Below, in pieces: positions 39,950-53,126 of a stretch of 64,000 nucleotides of DNA. A program made the position numbers and the translations under genes. Every line of letters begins with the position of its first letter. The first letter of the stretch is position 1. The notes beneath the pieces are model-generated. The model made no database searches. It was not told where the DNA came from and saw only the letters and a program-made list of their open reading frames with translations. The DNA is taken from the NCBI RefSeq assembly GCF_009914755.1, contig NC_060931.1, one strand, 5' to 3'. The stretch comes from the human T2T-CHM13v2.0 reference genome, Homo sapiens.

Positions 39950-41800
39950 AGCTCCTGGCAACCTGAGAGACTAAGCTGACATGGGCATTCCTCTGACCAC
40001 CAACAATGGAAAACAGGATCAAACATATCCAAAATAAATCTTATAATGTGATCTGAAATTAAGAGAAAGATAGGAGGTTCTCAGAAGCCATGAATAAATA
40101 CAGAAGTAAAAGTCAGGAATATGAGGTGGACCTGGGGCTGCATGCGACATCCCAAAGGTGTATTTTTCAAGAATACAGGCCCTAGAGGCTGGGCCTGGAG
40201 TCCTGGCCTTGGGCTGTGGCCCAGCAGAGAACCTAAACTAGATACTTGACCCATGAGGGCTGCACAGGCTTTGAGGAGAGGATTGGGAAACCCCCAACGC
40301 AGCCCAGGGGGCTGAAGCAAAGCTTAGTTTCTACTGTAAATATATAAATTATTAAAGATGTTAAACAGTAGTCAAAAAGAGGTTTAGAAGTGAGATTTGC
40401 CAGAATCCATCTTAAATTTCAACTGTTCCAGAATATAGAAAAACAAATTAGCCAAAGTTTCTGTTATGACCTCAATACCCAAAAGATAACATAAACTAAG
40501 CAAAAAGACAAACCACAGACTGAAAGAGAATAAGTGAATGTAGGTAAGACACAGATAATTAGTCTCCAAAATACATAAAGAACTTACAAAAGTCAGGAAA
40601 AGAAAGCCAAACAATCCCATATAAAAATGAACAAAGGATATATATTAATACTTCACTAGCAAAATGATTCTAAAATCTAGTAAGTAGATTAAAAGATGCT
40701 CAACTTCAATAATAATCAGAGAAATGTAAAATGACTAACAACGTGATGTCATTTCACATCCACCAGGTTGAGAAGTATTAATAACTCAACTGTGAGTTAA
40801 GATATGGGGAAGCTTTTATATCCTTCTGGTGGGTGAGGAAGTTGGTACCAATCTTTTGGGGAAGAGAATGAAAATATCTAGTAAAGGTGAAGATGCAGAG
40901 GCCATAGATCTATAAATTACATGTGTAGATGTTTACTCTAGGGAAACCCTGACAAAGGTACACAGGGAGCCATGCAAGAATGTCCCCTGCAGAAATATTC
41001 ACAATCGCAAAAAAATACAAAACCTAAATATTAATAAATAAGCAATTAATAAATACATGGTGGTATATTCCAATTTATAGCATTTTATTTCTTTATAAAA
41101 GGAAAATCTCTATGTTACAAATATTTCTATTACTTAATCAGAGTGATGGATATAGAAGTTTTTATTTGTGTTTTCTGTATTTTAAAACATTATTTTATAC
41201 AGGTTGAGCATCCCTAATCTGAAAGTTTGAAATCCAAAATTCTCCAAAATTCAAAACTTTTTGATTGCCATCATGGTGTCACAAGTAGAAAATTCCACAC
41301 CTGACATATGACAGGTTGCAGTCAAAACACAGTCGAAACTTTGTTTCATGCCCAAAATTGTTAAAACATACTGTATAAAACTGCCTTCAGTCTATACATA
41401 TAAGGTGGACATGAAACAAATGAATTTCATGTTTATACTTGTGTCCCATCCCCAAGATATGTCATTATGTATATGCAAATATTCTAACATTTGAAAGAAA
41501 TTGAAATCCAAAACACTTCTGGTCCCAGGCATTTCAGATAAGGGATATACAACCTATAATTAACATTTAAATAAAAATATATTATAAAGTCTACCTAGAG
41601 CTATACATTTTGTCAAGGGAAGTTATATCTCCCCATCCCTATGTAGAGATGCACACATAAAGGCCTGGAAGAATACACAGAATTATTAATAGTGTAACTT
41701 AGGGAAGAAAGTAGAACAGTAGAAGACCAAAGAGGAAATTTTCCCTTTACTCTGCCTAATTCTGTGTTTTTCACATATTTATGAACACATATTCATGTGT
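39950..41800 (+). mobile_element. Fragmented old L1 (L1ME-type), split by Tigger4b
   Basis: ORF2-end remnants (aaagccaaacaatcccatataaaaatgaacaaagga...aaaagatgctcaacttcaataataatcagagaaatg) and 3'UTR-like pieces. Confidence 0.65.
41200..41556 (+). mobile_element. Tigger4b / MER46-type (TcMar-Tigger) non-autonomous DNA transposon
   Basis: TIRs CAGGTTGAGCATCCCTAATCTGAAA / TTTCAGATAAGGGATATACAACCTA, flanked by TA on both sides. Confidence 0.88.
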
Positions 41801-41804
41801 TCAA

Positions 41805-42638
<834 letters not shown>

Positions 42639-43339
42639 ATTCATCAGATGTAAAATTTTTAAGAGTGGAAAACAGGTCCATCCATTTGAGAAAAGGTGAC
42701 CTGCTGATTCATACCTAGACACAATATATAACAATTCCAAGCCTTTATGATTCATGTCATCATTAGAGTTTGACATCAGAACTTGCTCTATATTGCCCAC
42801 ACACTGTCCAGTTTCTTATCTGGAAGATGTGTCCTTCATCTTCCATGAAGCTGGAGCCCCACTAACTGAGGCTTAAGTGGGTTATTTTAGCACATCTTCT
42901 AGCATGGTGTGTCATGTCAAGTACCCTTTATGAGGCTTCATTTACTCTTCATTTACCCTTTGTGATGCTATTCAAATTGATGTAGGAAAAAAGACAACAA
43001 ACAACAAATTGTCCATTAACTTGTGCTGCATTTGGCAGGAAAGTCCAAGCCAATATGAACATAAAGAGTAATCAAAGGTGTTTAATATGTCATTAAGTAT
43101 TCTCCGTACTGAGCCAACTGTGAAACAGAAGCTTGGAGAGTAACATTAATACTTTGCCCCTTGTATATATTACCAGTCAATATTATTCAACATATTGTTT
43201 TAGTTGTAGAGATCAAATGCTTGGTGCAGCAGAAGGGTACAAACTGGAGACTCCAGAGGCTGCATTCTGCTTCAGACCAGTGCTGGGATTTTGAGCAAGT
43301 AACTTAATTTATATTTTAAGTATAACTTGTTTATCTTAA

Positions 43340-43420
43340 TGTATATATATTGTATATATATGCACACACATACACACATATATATGTATGTGTATATATA
43401 TACATATATATGTATATATG
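43340..43420. repeat. (TA)/(CA)/(TG) compound microsatellite
   Basis: Near-continuous purine-pyrimidine alternation. Confidence 0.9.
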
Positions 43421-43849
43421 AAGTAAAGAGGCTATTGGACTTATTTCTTAGGTTCCTCCCAATATGAACATTCCAAGAGCCTGTGACAGTGAAACAAGCC
43501 CCGAGGCCTTCCTATTATAAAACAACCTTTTCATTCCATTTTGGTCTCCATAGATTTCAGTGTCCTTTCTCTCAGTCGAAATCACTCACTTCAAAAACTT
43601 GGACTAACATCAAGATTTTAGCCAGAAGCAAGCTGAAAAGTAGTTGCCATTGGAGACTCCTTAATACCTCATTGTTAAACTGGCTAATGGTGCTCTAAGG
43701 ATGAGCCGTTAGAGGAAATGGTCAAGATCTTCATCTCAAGGGTGAGGAAGCTAAGGTCCTGAAAGGTCCTGTGATTTGCCAAATGTCAGACAGCATCCTA
43801 GCAAAGAGGGTAAGTTCTACTTTTAAGTTTTGTGATTCCAGATCCATCC

Positions 43850-44460
43850 GTTAATCCACTCATGTAAGATTTGTCGAACACTTACAGACACTATGCTAGG
43901 CGCTAGGGATGCACAGTTCCAAGACCAACCTGTTGCCCTCATGGAGCTCACAGCTCGGTGGAAGTAAAAAATAAGAGAAACACTATTGAATCTTGTCACA
44001 CATGATTAGACAGGAATTTATGGGATGCTCTGAGAATCCAGAGGAAAGAATACCTTACTCTGCATGAAGAGACAGGGAATTTTTCATGGAGGAGGATATA
44101 ATTGAGCTGCATTTTGAAAAATAAGGAGTTTTGAGGCACACAATACATAAGAGTAAAGGGCACAGAACACAGGACATGCAAAGGCATTTAAACACACAAA
44201 TGTACACACAGATGTGTTTGGGAGACTGTAAGCAGCTGGATATGCTTCCATCTAGGATGCAGGCTGGGAATGTCAGGAGGCATAAAGGAAGAAATAGGCA
44301 AGAACAGATGATGCCAAGGAAAGGAGTTTTGACTTTTGTCTAGGGAGATGAAGGAGCCACTAAAAGACAGGTAGCAGGCATGGCTATCCTTGCTTTCAAC
44401 AGACAGCATGTCCCTAAAGAAGAGAAGATGAGAGGACCCAGTTAGGAAAGGAAGGATAGC
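43850..44460 (-). mobile_element. L2
   Basis: agacactatgctaggcgctagggatgcacag...gccctcatggagctcacagc... Confidence 0.75.
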
Positions 44461-44769
44461 AGTGGGCGGCTAGTCCGTGCCTGCTGCTCTTTCCTCTAGT
44501 CTCTGTTGGATTTCCTTCACTCCAGCCTCAATGTGCCATTCATCATCAATGACGCCATCCCCTGGGGAAGCGCTGTAGACACTCGGGATTCTCAGATGGG
44601 CCAGCCCAAGGACCACAGCCTACTGCCACTCATGGCTGGCTCAGTGCGTAAATGCTGTCCTGAACCCAAGAGAAGCATGAACTTGGGGGAACCCCAGAGA
44701 CCCACAGTAAGATTCAACCACAGATGAGTGTGGTTGAGTGACACTAAGGTAGTAAATATTCTAACAGAT

Positions 44770-44995
44770 ATAGGTTAAATTTCAACAGGTGGTTTACTAA
44801 CTTGGTAACTGTGTGACTTCAACAAGGTTATTTCACTTCTCCAAGTCTGAAGGTCCTCACCTATCAAATGGAGATAACACTAACACCTACCTTGTATCCT
44901 GGATTTATTGAAAGAAATTATGCAATTAATTATATTTCATCTGTGCATTCCTGGAACATGGCAAATACTCAGTAATCCATAATTATAATTATTAA
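44770..44995 (+). mobile_element. MIR
   Basis: aactgtgtgacttcaacaaggttatttcacttctc...aaatggagataacactaacacctacctt...cctggaacatggcaaatactcagtaa. Confidence 0.7.
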
Positions 44996-46459
44996 CATTT
45001 AGCATCATGCAGTCAAGCACCTTGCCTATTTCTAGAGAAGCTTGGAACCTGAGACATGGTCCTAAAAGAACTCTCCTCAATATCACACTCCCATTCTCTC
45101 CCCTCCAGAGACCTCGAAGACAAAACATTACATTTAAAGGCCTCTTCCCTGATCCACAGCAGCATTTCTTAGATTCTTATGAAGCATATTTAGGTTAAGA
45201 TAAATAAAATATCAGATCTACCCTTGGAGTAGCTAATAAAAAATTTTAAAGTGATTTTCTTCCTTCTACCTCCAAGAAGACCCTCTTTTAAAAGGTGCAA
45301 TGAGTACCAGAATCAAAATATATATTACAGGTTTATTTTTCATATGGCAAAAGCAGTATGCCTATCTCTGTCCTCGAATATCTCCATGGTTTTGTGAGTT
45401 AAGAATTGGAGTTAAGAATGTCCCTTTAGATGGAAACTTTGCTGAAATTTTATCCACTCATTTATTGCCCACATGAGTTTAAAAATGAGAATAAAGCTAG
45501 ATCTTTTACATCACTGGAAATTTTCTTATGTCTCAGCACCATCCAGAATGTTGGCAATATTAACAGACCAGCAATACTTCTTGCATAATGGAGCCAGAGG
45601 AATAAGGAAGGGTGGGGAGGAGGAAGGGAGCAGAGGAGAGCTTTGGGAGACTTTCCCTGACTAATTCTTCTTCAAAACTGTGAAACTTACAATTTCTAAA
45701 AACCATAGTCATGATGAAAATGCCTCCTTTAAAACTGCAGCCTTAGAGGAAGCCTGTAGGCTTCTGTCGAGTATTTTAGATCAAAGACGTGGGTTTGAAG
45801 TTGAGGTTAATTCCCTCACTTTGCAGTACCACTAAAATGAACATCACAAACAAGGCCTGAAAAGCAATGGCTCGATTCCTTGAATTAACTCTATCGTTTC
45901 TAGGTAAGTACTTGGAAAACACTGCATTTACAAAATATATAGCTGGTTGAGGACCCAGGTGATTCAAACATTAAAATTTACTGAGATTTCTGCTTAGTTT
46001 GCCTGTCTGCTTATTCAATTTTGTTTCACACTTGATTAATCAGACCTTAGGTTGAAATAGCCAAATGATCTGATAGAGCTTTCTGGTAAGAAGAATAGTA
46101 CTGCAGAAAAATATTCACAATAAAAATTGAGATGAATGATTCAGGTATGTGGAATATAACATTCTGTTTAAATTATACATCTGTTGTCAAAAGATACATA
46201 CTTTGTAAATAAGTATAGAAAATTATCTGGAAGAATTGGTACTAGTATATTAACAGCAACTTTCTCTGGTTAGTAAAATTGGGGATCATTTTCATTTTAT
46301 TTTTATCTATTTCTCTCTCTCTCTCAGTATCGCTTTGAAATAAAGACAGCTATTTTTTTAATTCCAAGTGTTTTCAATTGTGTATATAAACCAAAGCATC
46401 AAAAACTTCAGCTTAGAGTAAAAATTAGTACATTTAAGAGCAATTGGAAACACAATAAT

Positions 46460-46690
46460 GATTATAGCCAGTTTTAGCTTCCATGTTCCATACCCCATGC
46501 TAAGCATTTCCCATGGCTTATCTGTAACCCTATGAGGTAGGTATTCTTATCATTCCTATTGTATAAATTAGAGAAACTTAGGCATGAGGATGTTAAATAA
46601 CTTACCCAAATTCACAGTACTAGTAAGTTGTAAAAGTCAAAAACTTTTGGTGGTCCAGACCATCTGATTAACTTCTATTTTGTTCTACCT
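46460..46690 (-). mobile_element. MIR
   Basis: aaccctatgaggtaggtattcttatcattcctatt...gaaacttaggc...gttaaataacttacccaa. Confidence 0.75.
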
Positions 46691-46819
46691 GGATTGATCC
46701 TAAATGCAGCAGCTACGTGTAGCAGCTTTGTCCAAGTCTTTTTTTTTTTTAACTGTCTTATTCTTGCTTCTTTTATAATAATATTAAACTTCCTTAGTCT
46801 GTTAACGTGGCACACCTAT

Positions 46820-48940
46820 CTGCAAGGGAAAGTGGTACATAAAGAAGATATTGTCATATATCTCCAAAATGGAGTACAATAATGCTGTAAAAAAGATTAA
46901 TGAAGATCTCTTTGAATTGTTACAGGCTAACTTCCAGGATGTACTGTTAAGGTAAAAAAAGCTAAGTGCAAAAGAGTATCTATATTATGTTACTCCTTGT
47001 ATAAGAAAAGTGATTATAAGAAAACACATACATAACTGCCCATTTGTACAAAGAAAATATGGAAGGAACTCACCAGAAACTAAAGAAACTATCTACAGAG
47101 GGCAGGTGTCAAAGAGCTGGAAAGAAGACGGAAATGGTTATGTGTATCAAGACAGGATGGAGTGACAGATACTGCCTTGGGTGCATCATTTTGTAAAGCT
47201 CTGGCTCTTAGAACCACAGTTATGATTCATATTTTTCACATGCCCCTAAGCAATCAACAACTAAAACTAACAATGATGAGGATCCAAAATGCAATACAAA
47301 AATAACAAATAAGCCTGTTACAAATGAGTTACAAAACTACACTGAAAGGATGGGGAATAGTAACACTAACCTAAATAACTACAGAAAACAGTATCTTGAC
47401 TGGATACCATGAAGCTAAAGACAAATATAAATGCATAAATGCTAGAATTTAGTCAGTAAATATGTTTCTCGCAGGGGCATAGGATAGCAATTCTAAAACT
47501 ATGTGTTCACTAGAATCAAACAAAGAAGTAAACATATCATGGAAAATAAGCAGATTTCTCACTATTTGAGAAATAAATTACAAATAAAGACAGGAAAAAG
47601 CTAAAAGTGAACCCTGAGTTTACAGTATTTAGTATAAATTGTATAGTACAAATGGCTTTAAATATCTATATAGACATATAGATAAAGAAATATAGAGGTG
47701 TGTATATGTGCAGGTTATTCATATGCATATATTTCCTGGCTCTGCCTGCTGAGAAGGCTTAGAGCAATGACATCCCAGTAGTAATAAGCACATCTAGCAT
47801 GAAGATCTCAGTTTCTAAACACCATTCTCTGATTTAAAAAAAAGAAAGAAAGAAAGAAAGAAAGAAAAAAGCTTGGACAAGTGATTGATTTCAGGACTAG
47901 AGCAGGAGGAAAAAAATAAGCTTAGAATATAGTGTGAAGCAAAAAAGTAAGAAAGTGTTCAAAAAAATAAATAAGGGCTTAATAAGAGAGCACAAACACT
48001 AAATGAAAATAAGCTCCTAACAGCCAAAGCTGGAACAAATTAAACAAGTTAAATAATAATATTAGAATATGACCCATAAAACCAAATAAATATATATAAG
48101 TTCATACACATGGATATAAATAATCTATTATCTAAATAGGAGAGAAAGACAGCTCTTCCATGGCTGTAGAATCCCAATTAATACATGTTGAAAGAAAGAA
48201 GGAAGTGGAAAATCACCATTAAGCAAACACCATAATAACAATTGTAACTAGAATCAAAATCCATGGATGTATGCTGAAATCATTTGTTCACAGTCTAAAG
48301 AGAAACAGGATTTGCACAGTCTTAAAGCATGTCCCCCAAGATCTTTCTTAACAGTAGGAGAAAAGATACTAACTATAAAGTGGAGAACCCAGCAGAAACC
48401 ACCTTAATCAAGTGGTCATGATCAACACCACCACTAATAAAAAATATTGGCATCACAAATCCCATGACATGATGTGCTGAGAAGAACACATCATTTCTGT
48501 GGAATTCTTGCCAAAAACACATAACCTCAAACCAAGCATGAGAAAACACCAGACAAGCCCAAATTGAGGGGAATTTGGCAAAATAAGTATTCTATACTCT
48601 TCAAAAATATAAGGTCTTAAAAGTTAAGGAAAGATGAGAAACTGTTACAGATTTCAGGAGACTAAGGAGAAATAACAACAAAATGTGACATGGGATCCTG
48701 AACAGAATCCTGGAGAATAATAACAATGAAATATTGATGAAAAAACTGGTAGAATTTGAATAAGATTTTTGTTTAATTATTGGTATTATATCAATGTTAA
48801 TTTCTGGGTTCTGATAATTGCACTCCAGTTAAGATTTTAATACTGAGGGAGGCTAGGGCAGGGATATGTGAAAATTCTCCGTTCCATTTTTGCAACTTTT
48901 CTTTAAAAGTAGTTTGAAATTTAAAGTTAAAAGAAAAGGT
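46820..48940 (+). mobile_element. L1MC-type long 3' end (L1MC3-like)
   Basis: agcaatgacatcccagtagtaataagcacatctagc...; aaagtggagaacccagcaga...ccaccttaatcaagtg; ends atttttgcaacttttct...aaagttaaaagaaaa; internal (GAAA)n at about 47841-47868. Confidence 0.8.
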
Positions 48941-50238
48941 ATTGCCTTTACTTCAACATAATTAAAAATGCTTTTTGGAAAAGTAAATCTCCTTTGAAGA
49001 GAAAGACCAGGTTGGGGGAGAAAAAAACCACTGATGTGAAAATTATACCGGGGAAACCACACTTTGTTAAGTTTCCACTTTTGGATACTTATGATGACTT
49101 AAGAATCTATATCAACAATTCTGTCCCTTGAATTCAACACACTGAGGTTTTATTCCTCAGCTATAATCGATCTTAATTTTTCAGTTTCAACAGAAAGACA
49201 TCTTTCCCTCTTGCAAAGACCGTGGCCTTAAAAAGCTTTTGTCATTTCTCAGTTGTTTGCAACTCCAACAGTGAAATACCGCCACTACATTTGATTTTTG
49301 GCTTAAAGAAACTCTATTGCTAAGATGGACGACTTGGGCAGTGTATTTCACTTTTGTTTGCTGATGTGTTGCATTTATTTGCTTTCACTTATCAAGAAAA
49401 GAGCCAAGTTTTTTTTTCTTCTTCTTCTTTTTCTACTCCTCCACCTCATTCTCTCCTGTTTAACCATGTGTGTCAGAAGGAGAGCTATCAAAAGGAAGCT
49501 ATGCAAGTTAATCAGTCAGGGCCTGAGAGTGCCCAGGAACCATTTGTTACAACAGCAAAGGGAATGAAGCCTCCAAGCAACAAACTAATTAATACCTCTC
49601 TCTTCTTTGAAGAAAATGACCCAATATTGAACTCCAGTGGATTATACAACATTTTAATTTACTATCTGCTAAATGGATGACTACTTTATAATATGCATTT
49701 CTACTTATTCATTTACTGACAACACCAGTAGTCATTCAAATTGAACCCCCTGGCCAAGGTCTAAGAGAAACCTAACTAGGACTAGAAGATATTTAATATA
49801 CACTATTATATACTCATGCCTCTTGTTTCTACCAAACGAGATGCCATATGGAAAGAATGTTGCACAACGCTGGCACACAGAGCAGCCAGGAACTTTTCCT
49901 TGTTGCTTTCTTCTTCCCTGCCTCTACTTCTCTTCATGTTGTTATTGGTAAACTGTTTGCTAAGATGTACTTTCCAGATAACAATTCAGAAAACAGGTAG
50001 GAGACACACACCCTTAGAAATATCAAAGGCAAACTTCCTTGGAAGTCAAGTGAAAAACTGCTGAGGAGTTAAAAAGGCAGCATGGCAAGGTCATAAATCT
50101 CACTTTATTGCCAGTCACGGGGACATGAAAATCTGAAGACCCTTAAGCCTTTCCCCTGAATCCTAAGACAGTAGGGCTACATGCCCTGGAAATAACTTCT
50201 GGCTCAAAATGGACTCTGCAAATAATCCAATGTGTTCC

Positions 50239-50369
50239 TAGGGTTGCTAAGTCTAGCAAATAGCAATATAGGGTGTCCATGTCCCAGGCGATATTTGGGA
50301 CATACTTATACTAAAAATTATTTGTTATCTGAAATTCAAATCTAACCTGTATTTTAATTGGTATTTCCC
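50239..50369. mobile_element. MER53 (palindromic hAT MITE), internally deleted
   Basis: agggttgctaagtctagcaaatagcaatatagg...tgtcccaggcgatatttgggacatacttatactaaaaattatttgttatctgaaattcaaat. Confidence 0.75.
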
Positions 50370-50399
50370 TTCCCCCTTATGAGAAATAGGTGACTAATG

Positions 50400-50620
50400 C
50401 TACAATTTAATTTCCAGACCTGGACTTTTATATAGATTCATTACTTTCTAACTGTGCTACTGAAGCAATTTAATGTCCTTACTGTACATGTCCTCATCTG
50501 TCAACTGAGATAATAATAACAATAACTTTCTCATAGAGTGGTTGTGAAGAGTAAATCAAATAATCTATACAGTACCTGGAATATACTATGTATTCAATAC
50601 ATGCTTGCTTTTATTGTAAT
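50400..50620 (+). mobile_element. MIR
   Basis: tcctcatctgtcaactgagataataataac...tcatagagtggttgtgaagagtaaat. Confidence 0.7.
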
Positions 50621-52129
50621 TACTTCAGTATTACTGTTTGCATTAAAAATATTTGTTGAAAGAGGAAACAGGTTAATAAACAAAGTTTAGATTTTATCGG
50701 AAAGACAGTATCTTTGCTAAGCAAGGTAGAGAAAGAAGAAGAGTCTGTGAATAAATTAAGAATCTCTAAATTACACTGTAAGATTTTCCTGTAATCCCCA
50801 AATAATAATTACTGTCAGGCTTCAGAATGAGGAGAGCTTGCAGAATTTTCTTGCAGTGTTTTACACATTTCATTTTTCATTTCAATTCAGAATAAAAGGC
50901 AAAAGAATAAGAGTGAAACAACTAAGATAAGCCCAAACAAAAATGAGGAAAAGGTGTATATGTAAATTAAGAACACATTTATTACTAGCCTTTTTTAAAA
51001 AAGGAATGACAGTGACCTCTAGTAAAATATTTCTGTCTAGAGGCAAGATTACCCATGCCTGGATAACAGCCAATGTTTAAGCTCTTCTCTTAGAAGTGTC
51101 CTATCTACCTCTCCCACCTTCATTTCTTCAAGAAGTCAGCTAAGAACCCATCAACACCAATACAAAGGCTGTAAAATAACATTTTCCTCTTGGCTGGATG
51201 CAAAAACTAGAACTGCAGAAAAGTTCTCAATAAAAATTGTTTGAATCGCTATCAACTCATTCTTTCTGCTGACTAGGAAGTTAAATAAATAAATAAATAA
51301 AAGGGACTCCAAGTCACCAGTTACGCCAGCAGTTTGCAAAAACTATTCTCTCTTTTGCAGGAGCAAGGGTCAACATAAATGATTTATTGTCTTTATAGCT
51401 AGTATTTATAGGTATTTGAGGGTGTTCCATAGGCTCAAATGGGTTCCTTTTCTTTATCTGGCCTCAAGAGATTAATTATTCCTGTCAATTCAAATCTATC
51501 TTCCTGTTAACAAATCCCAATGGGTCTTTTCCCCTACTCAATCAGATAAACTCCAGATTCTAACATTTTAATGATTTTTTTCTGCATTACAGTGCTGCTT
51601 AATTGTATAGTGTTTAAAGAATATGTGGATCTCGATAGGAGTTTTTTTATTTCCTTAATAAGAGAGCCTGACAACTTTGTCAACTTAATGAGTACACACT
51701 GATGTTTGCTATGGGGGATTTTCCTAGTGATTATAGGACTTCTTTTCTAGAGATGATATTCCCATTTTAAATGTTTTTTTAAAAAAGAACTTGGATGGTC
51801 AAGTTCAAGAGTGAGTAAATTAAATGGCACCCTTTGCACATGTATATGTGATGTGTCCAACAGAAAGCACGAATTTGACGTGTCCAACAGAGAGGGACCA
51901 ATTTTGGTATATTATCAACTACCTAAAATATAAACAGCACTTTAAAGCTTTGGGAACAAAAATGTATATGTAAAATATTTTAATCTATGTTTATCACTCT
52001 AAAATTGGGATACTGTCAGTTTTAAGAAAAAGGAGAAGAAACATGCATATATGACCACCTTTAATGTTTGAAGGTGTCCAAAGAGGCAATGATGAGAAAA
52101 AAAGATCATGTATTGTGGAATTACAAGGA

Positions 52130-52285
52130 TCCACTATATCACTTACTATTATATTATTTCTCTGAGCCTCAGTTTCATTGGAAAAAGACAAATAACCAAG
52201 CCTATCTCACCAGTTTTGTTTGATTACACACAGCATTATGAATAAGAATAGTGTCTGACAGTAGGTATTCAATAAATGCTAAGTT
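52130..52285 (+). mobile_element. MIR
   Basis: tctctgagcctcagtttc...gaatagtgtctgacagtaggtattcaataaatg. Confidence 0.65.
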
Positions 52286-52311
52286 TCAATTTGCTCTTTT
52301 TCAACATTCCC

Positions 52312-52463
52312 TTTTTTTTATTATACTTTAAATTTTAGGGTACATGTGCACAACGTGCAGGTTTGTTACATATATATACATGTGCCATGTTGGTGTGCTG
52401 CACCCATTAACTCGTCATTTAACATTAGATATATCTCCTAATGCTATCCCTCCCCTCTCCCCC
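52312..52463 (-). mobile_element. Very short (about 150 bp) young L1PA (about PA3-5) 3' tip
   Basis: ttattatactttaaattttagggtacatgtgcacaacgtgcaggtttgttacata...taatgctatccctcccc. A short CCCTT duplication flanks it. Confidence 0.93.
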
Positions 52464-53126
52464 TTAAAATGAAGAGAGAACTGAAGAGGCTACAACTTGA
52501 CTTCTTTATTATTTTCTAATACTTTCATTATTAACCTGACAGGAACATGAACAGGGAAAAACAATAAGCACAAAATAGGAAGAGATCAATAGCTTGTGAT
52601 GAGAAGACATGAATCTTGTCAGAATTCAGCATAGAACACATGAGAAGCAAACTTTATTCTTTCAACTTACAAAATTTATCTTTTCTTCTGATAATGGAAC
52701 ATTTCACTCAATACAGAGCCGACTATTACCATGAATTAGTTATAAACACAGATGTAGAAAAAGAAAAATAATCTACGCAATGAAAGACCTTCTAATGAGT
52801 ACATGAATGTTTTTCAACTCTAGATAACAAATCAGAAGCCCAGGGACAGGACCACGGTGTGAACACTTTTTTAAAGTTCCACAGCTGATTCTGGAGCCTA
52901 ATAAAGTTAGACTACTACACTGGTACAGACATAGATGCTGCAATGTATCTACTACATTGATGTAGAGGGAGCTTGTGCCTGGAAGGTAAGGAAGATCTCA
53001 ATCAGAGAGTTAAAAAAAAAATTAATAAGCACTAAAGCATGGTAACTGAAAAAAAAGTCAAAAACCTTTAATATAAAAGTCTCTTCCACTTTCCCCCAAC
53101 AATTACATAACCATGAGGTCTCTTCC

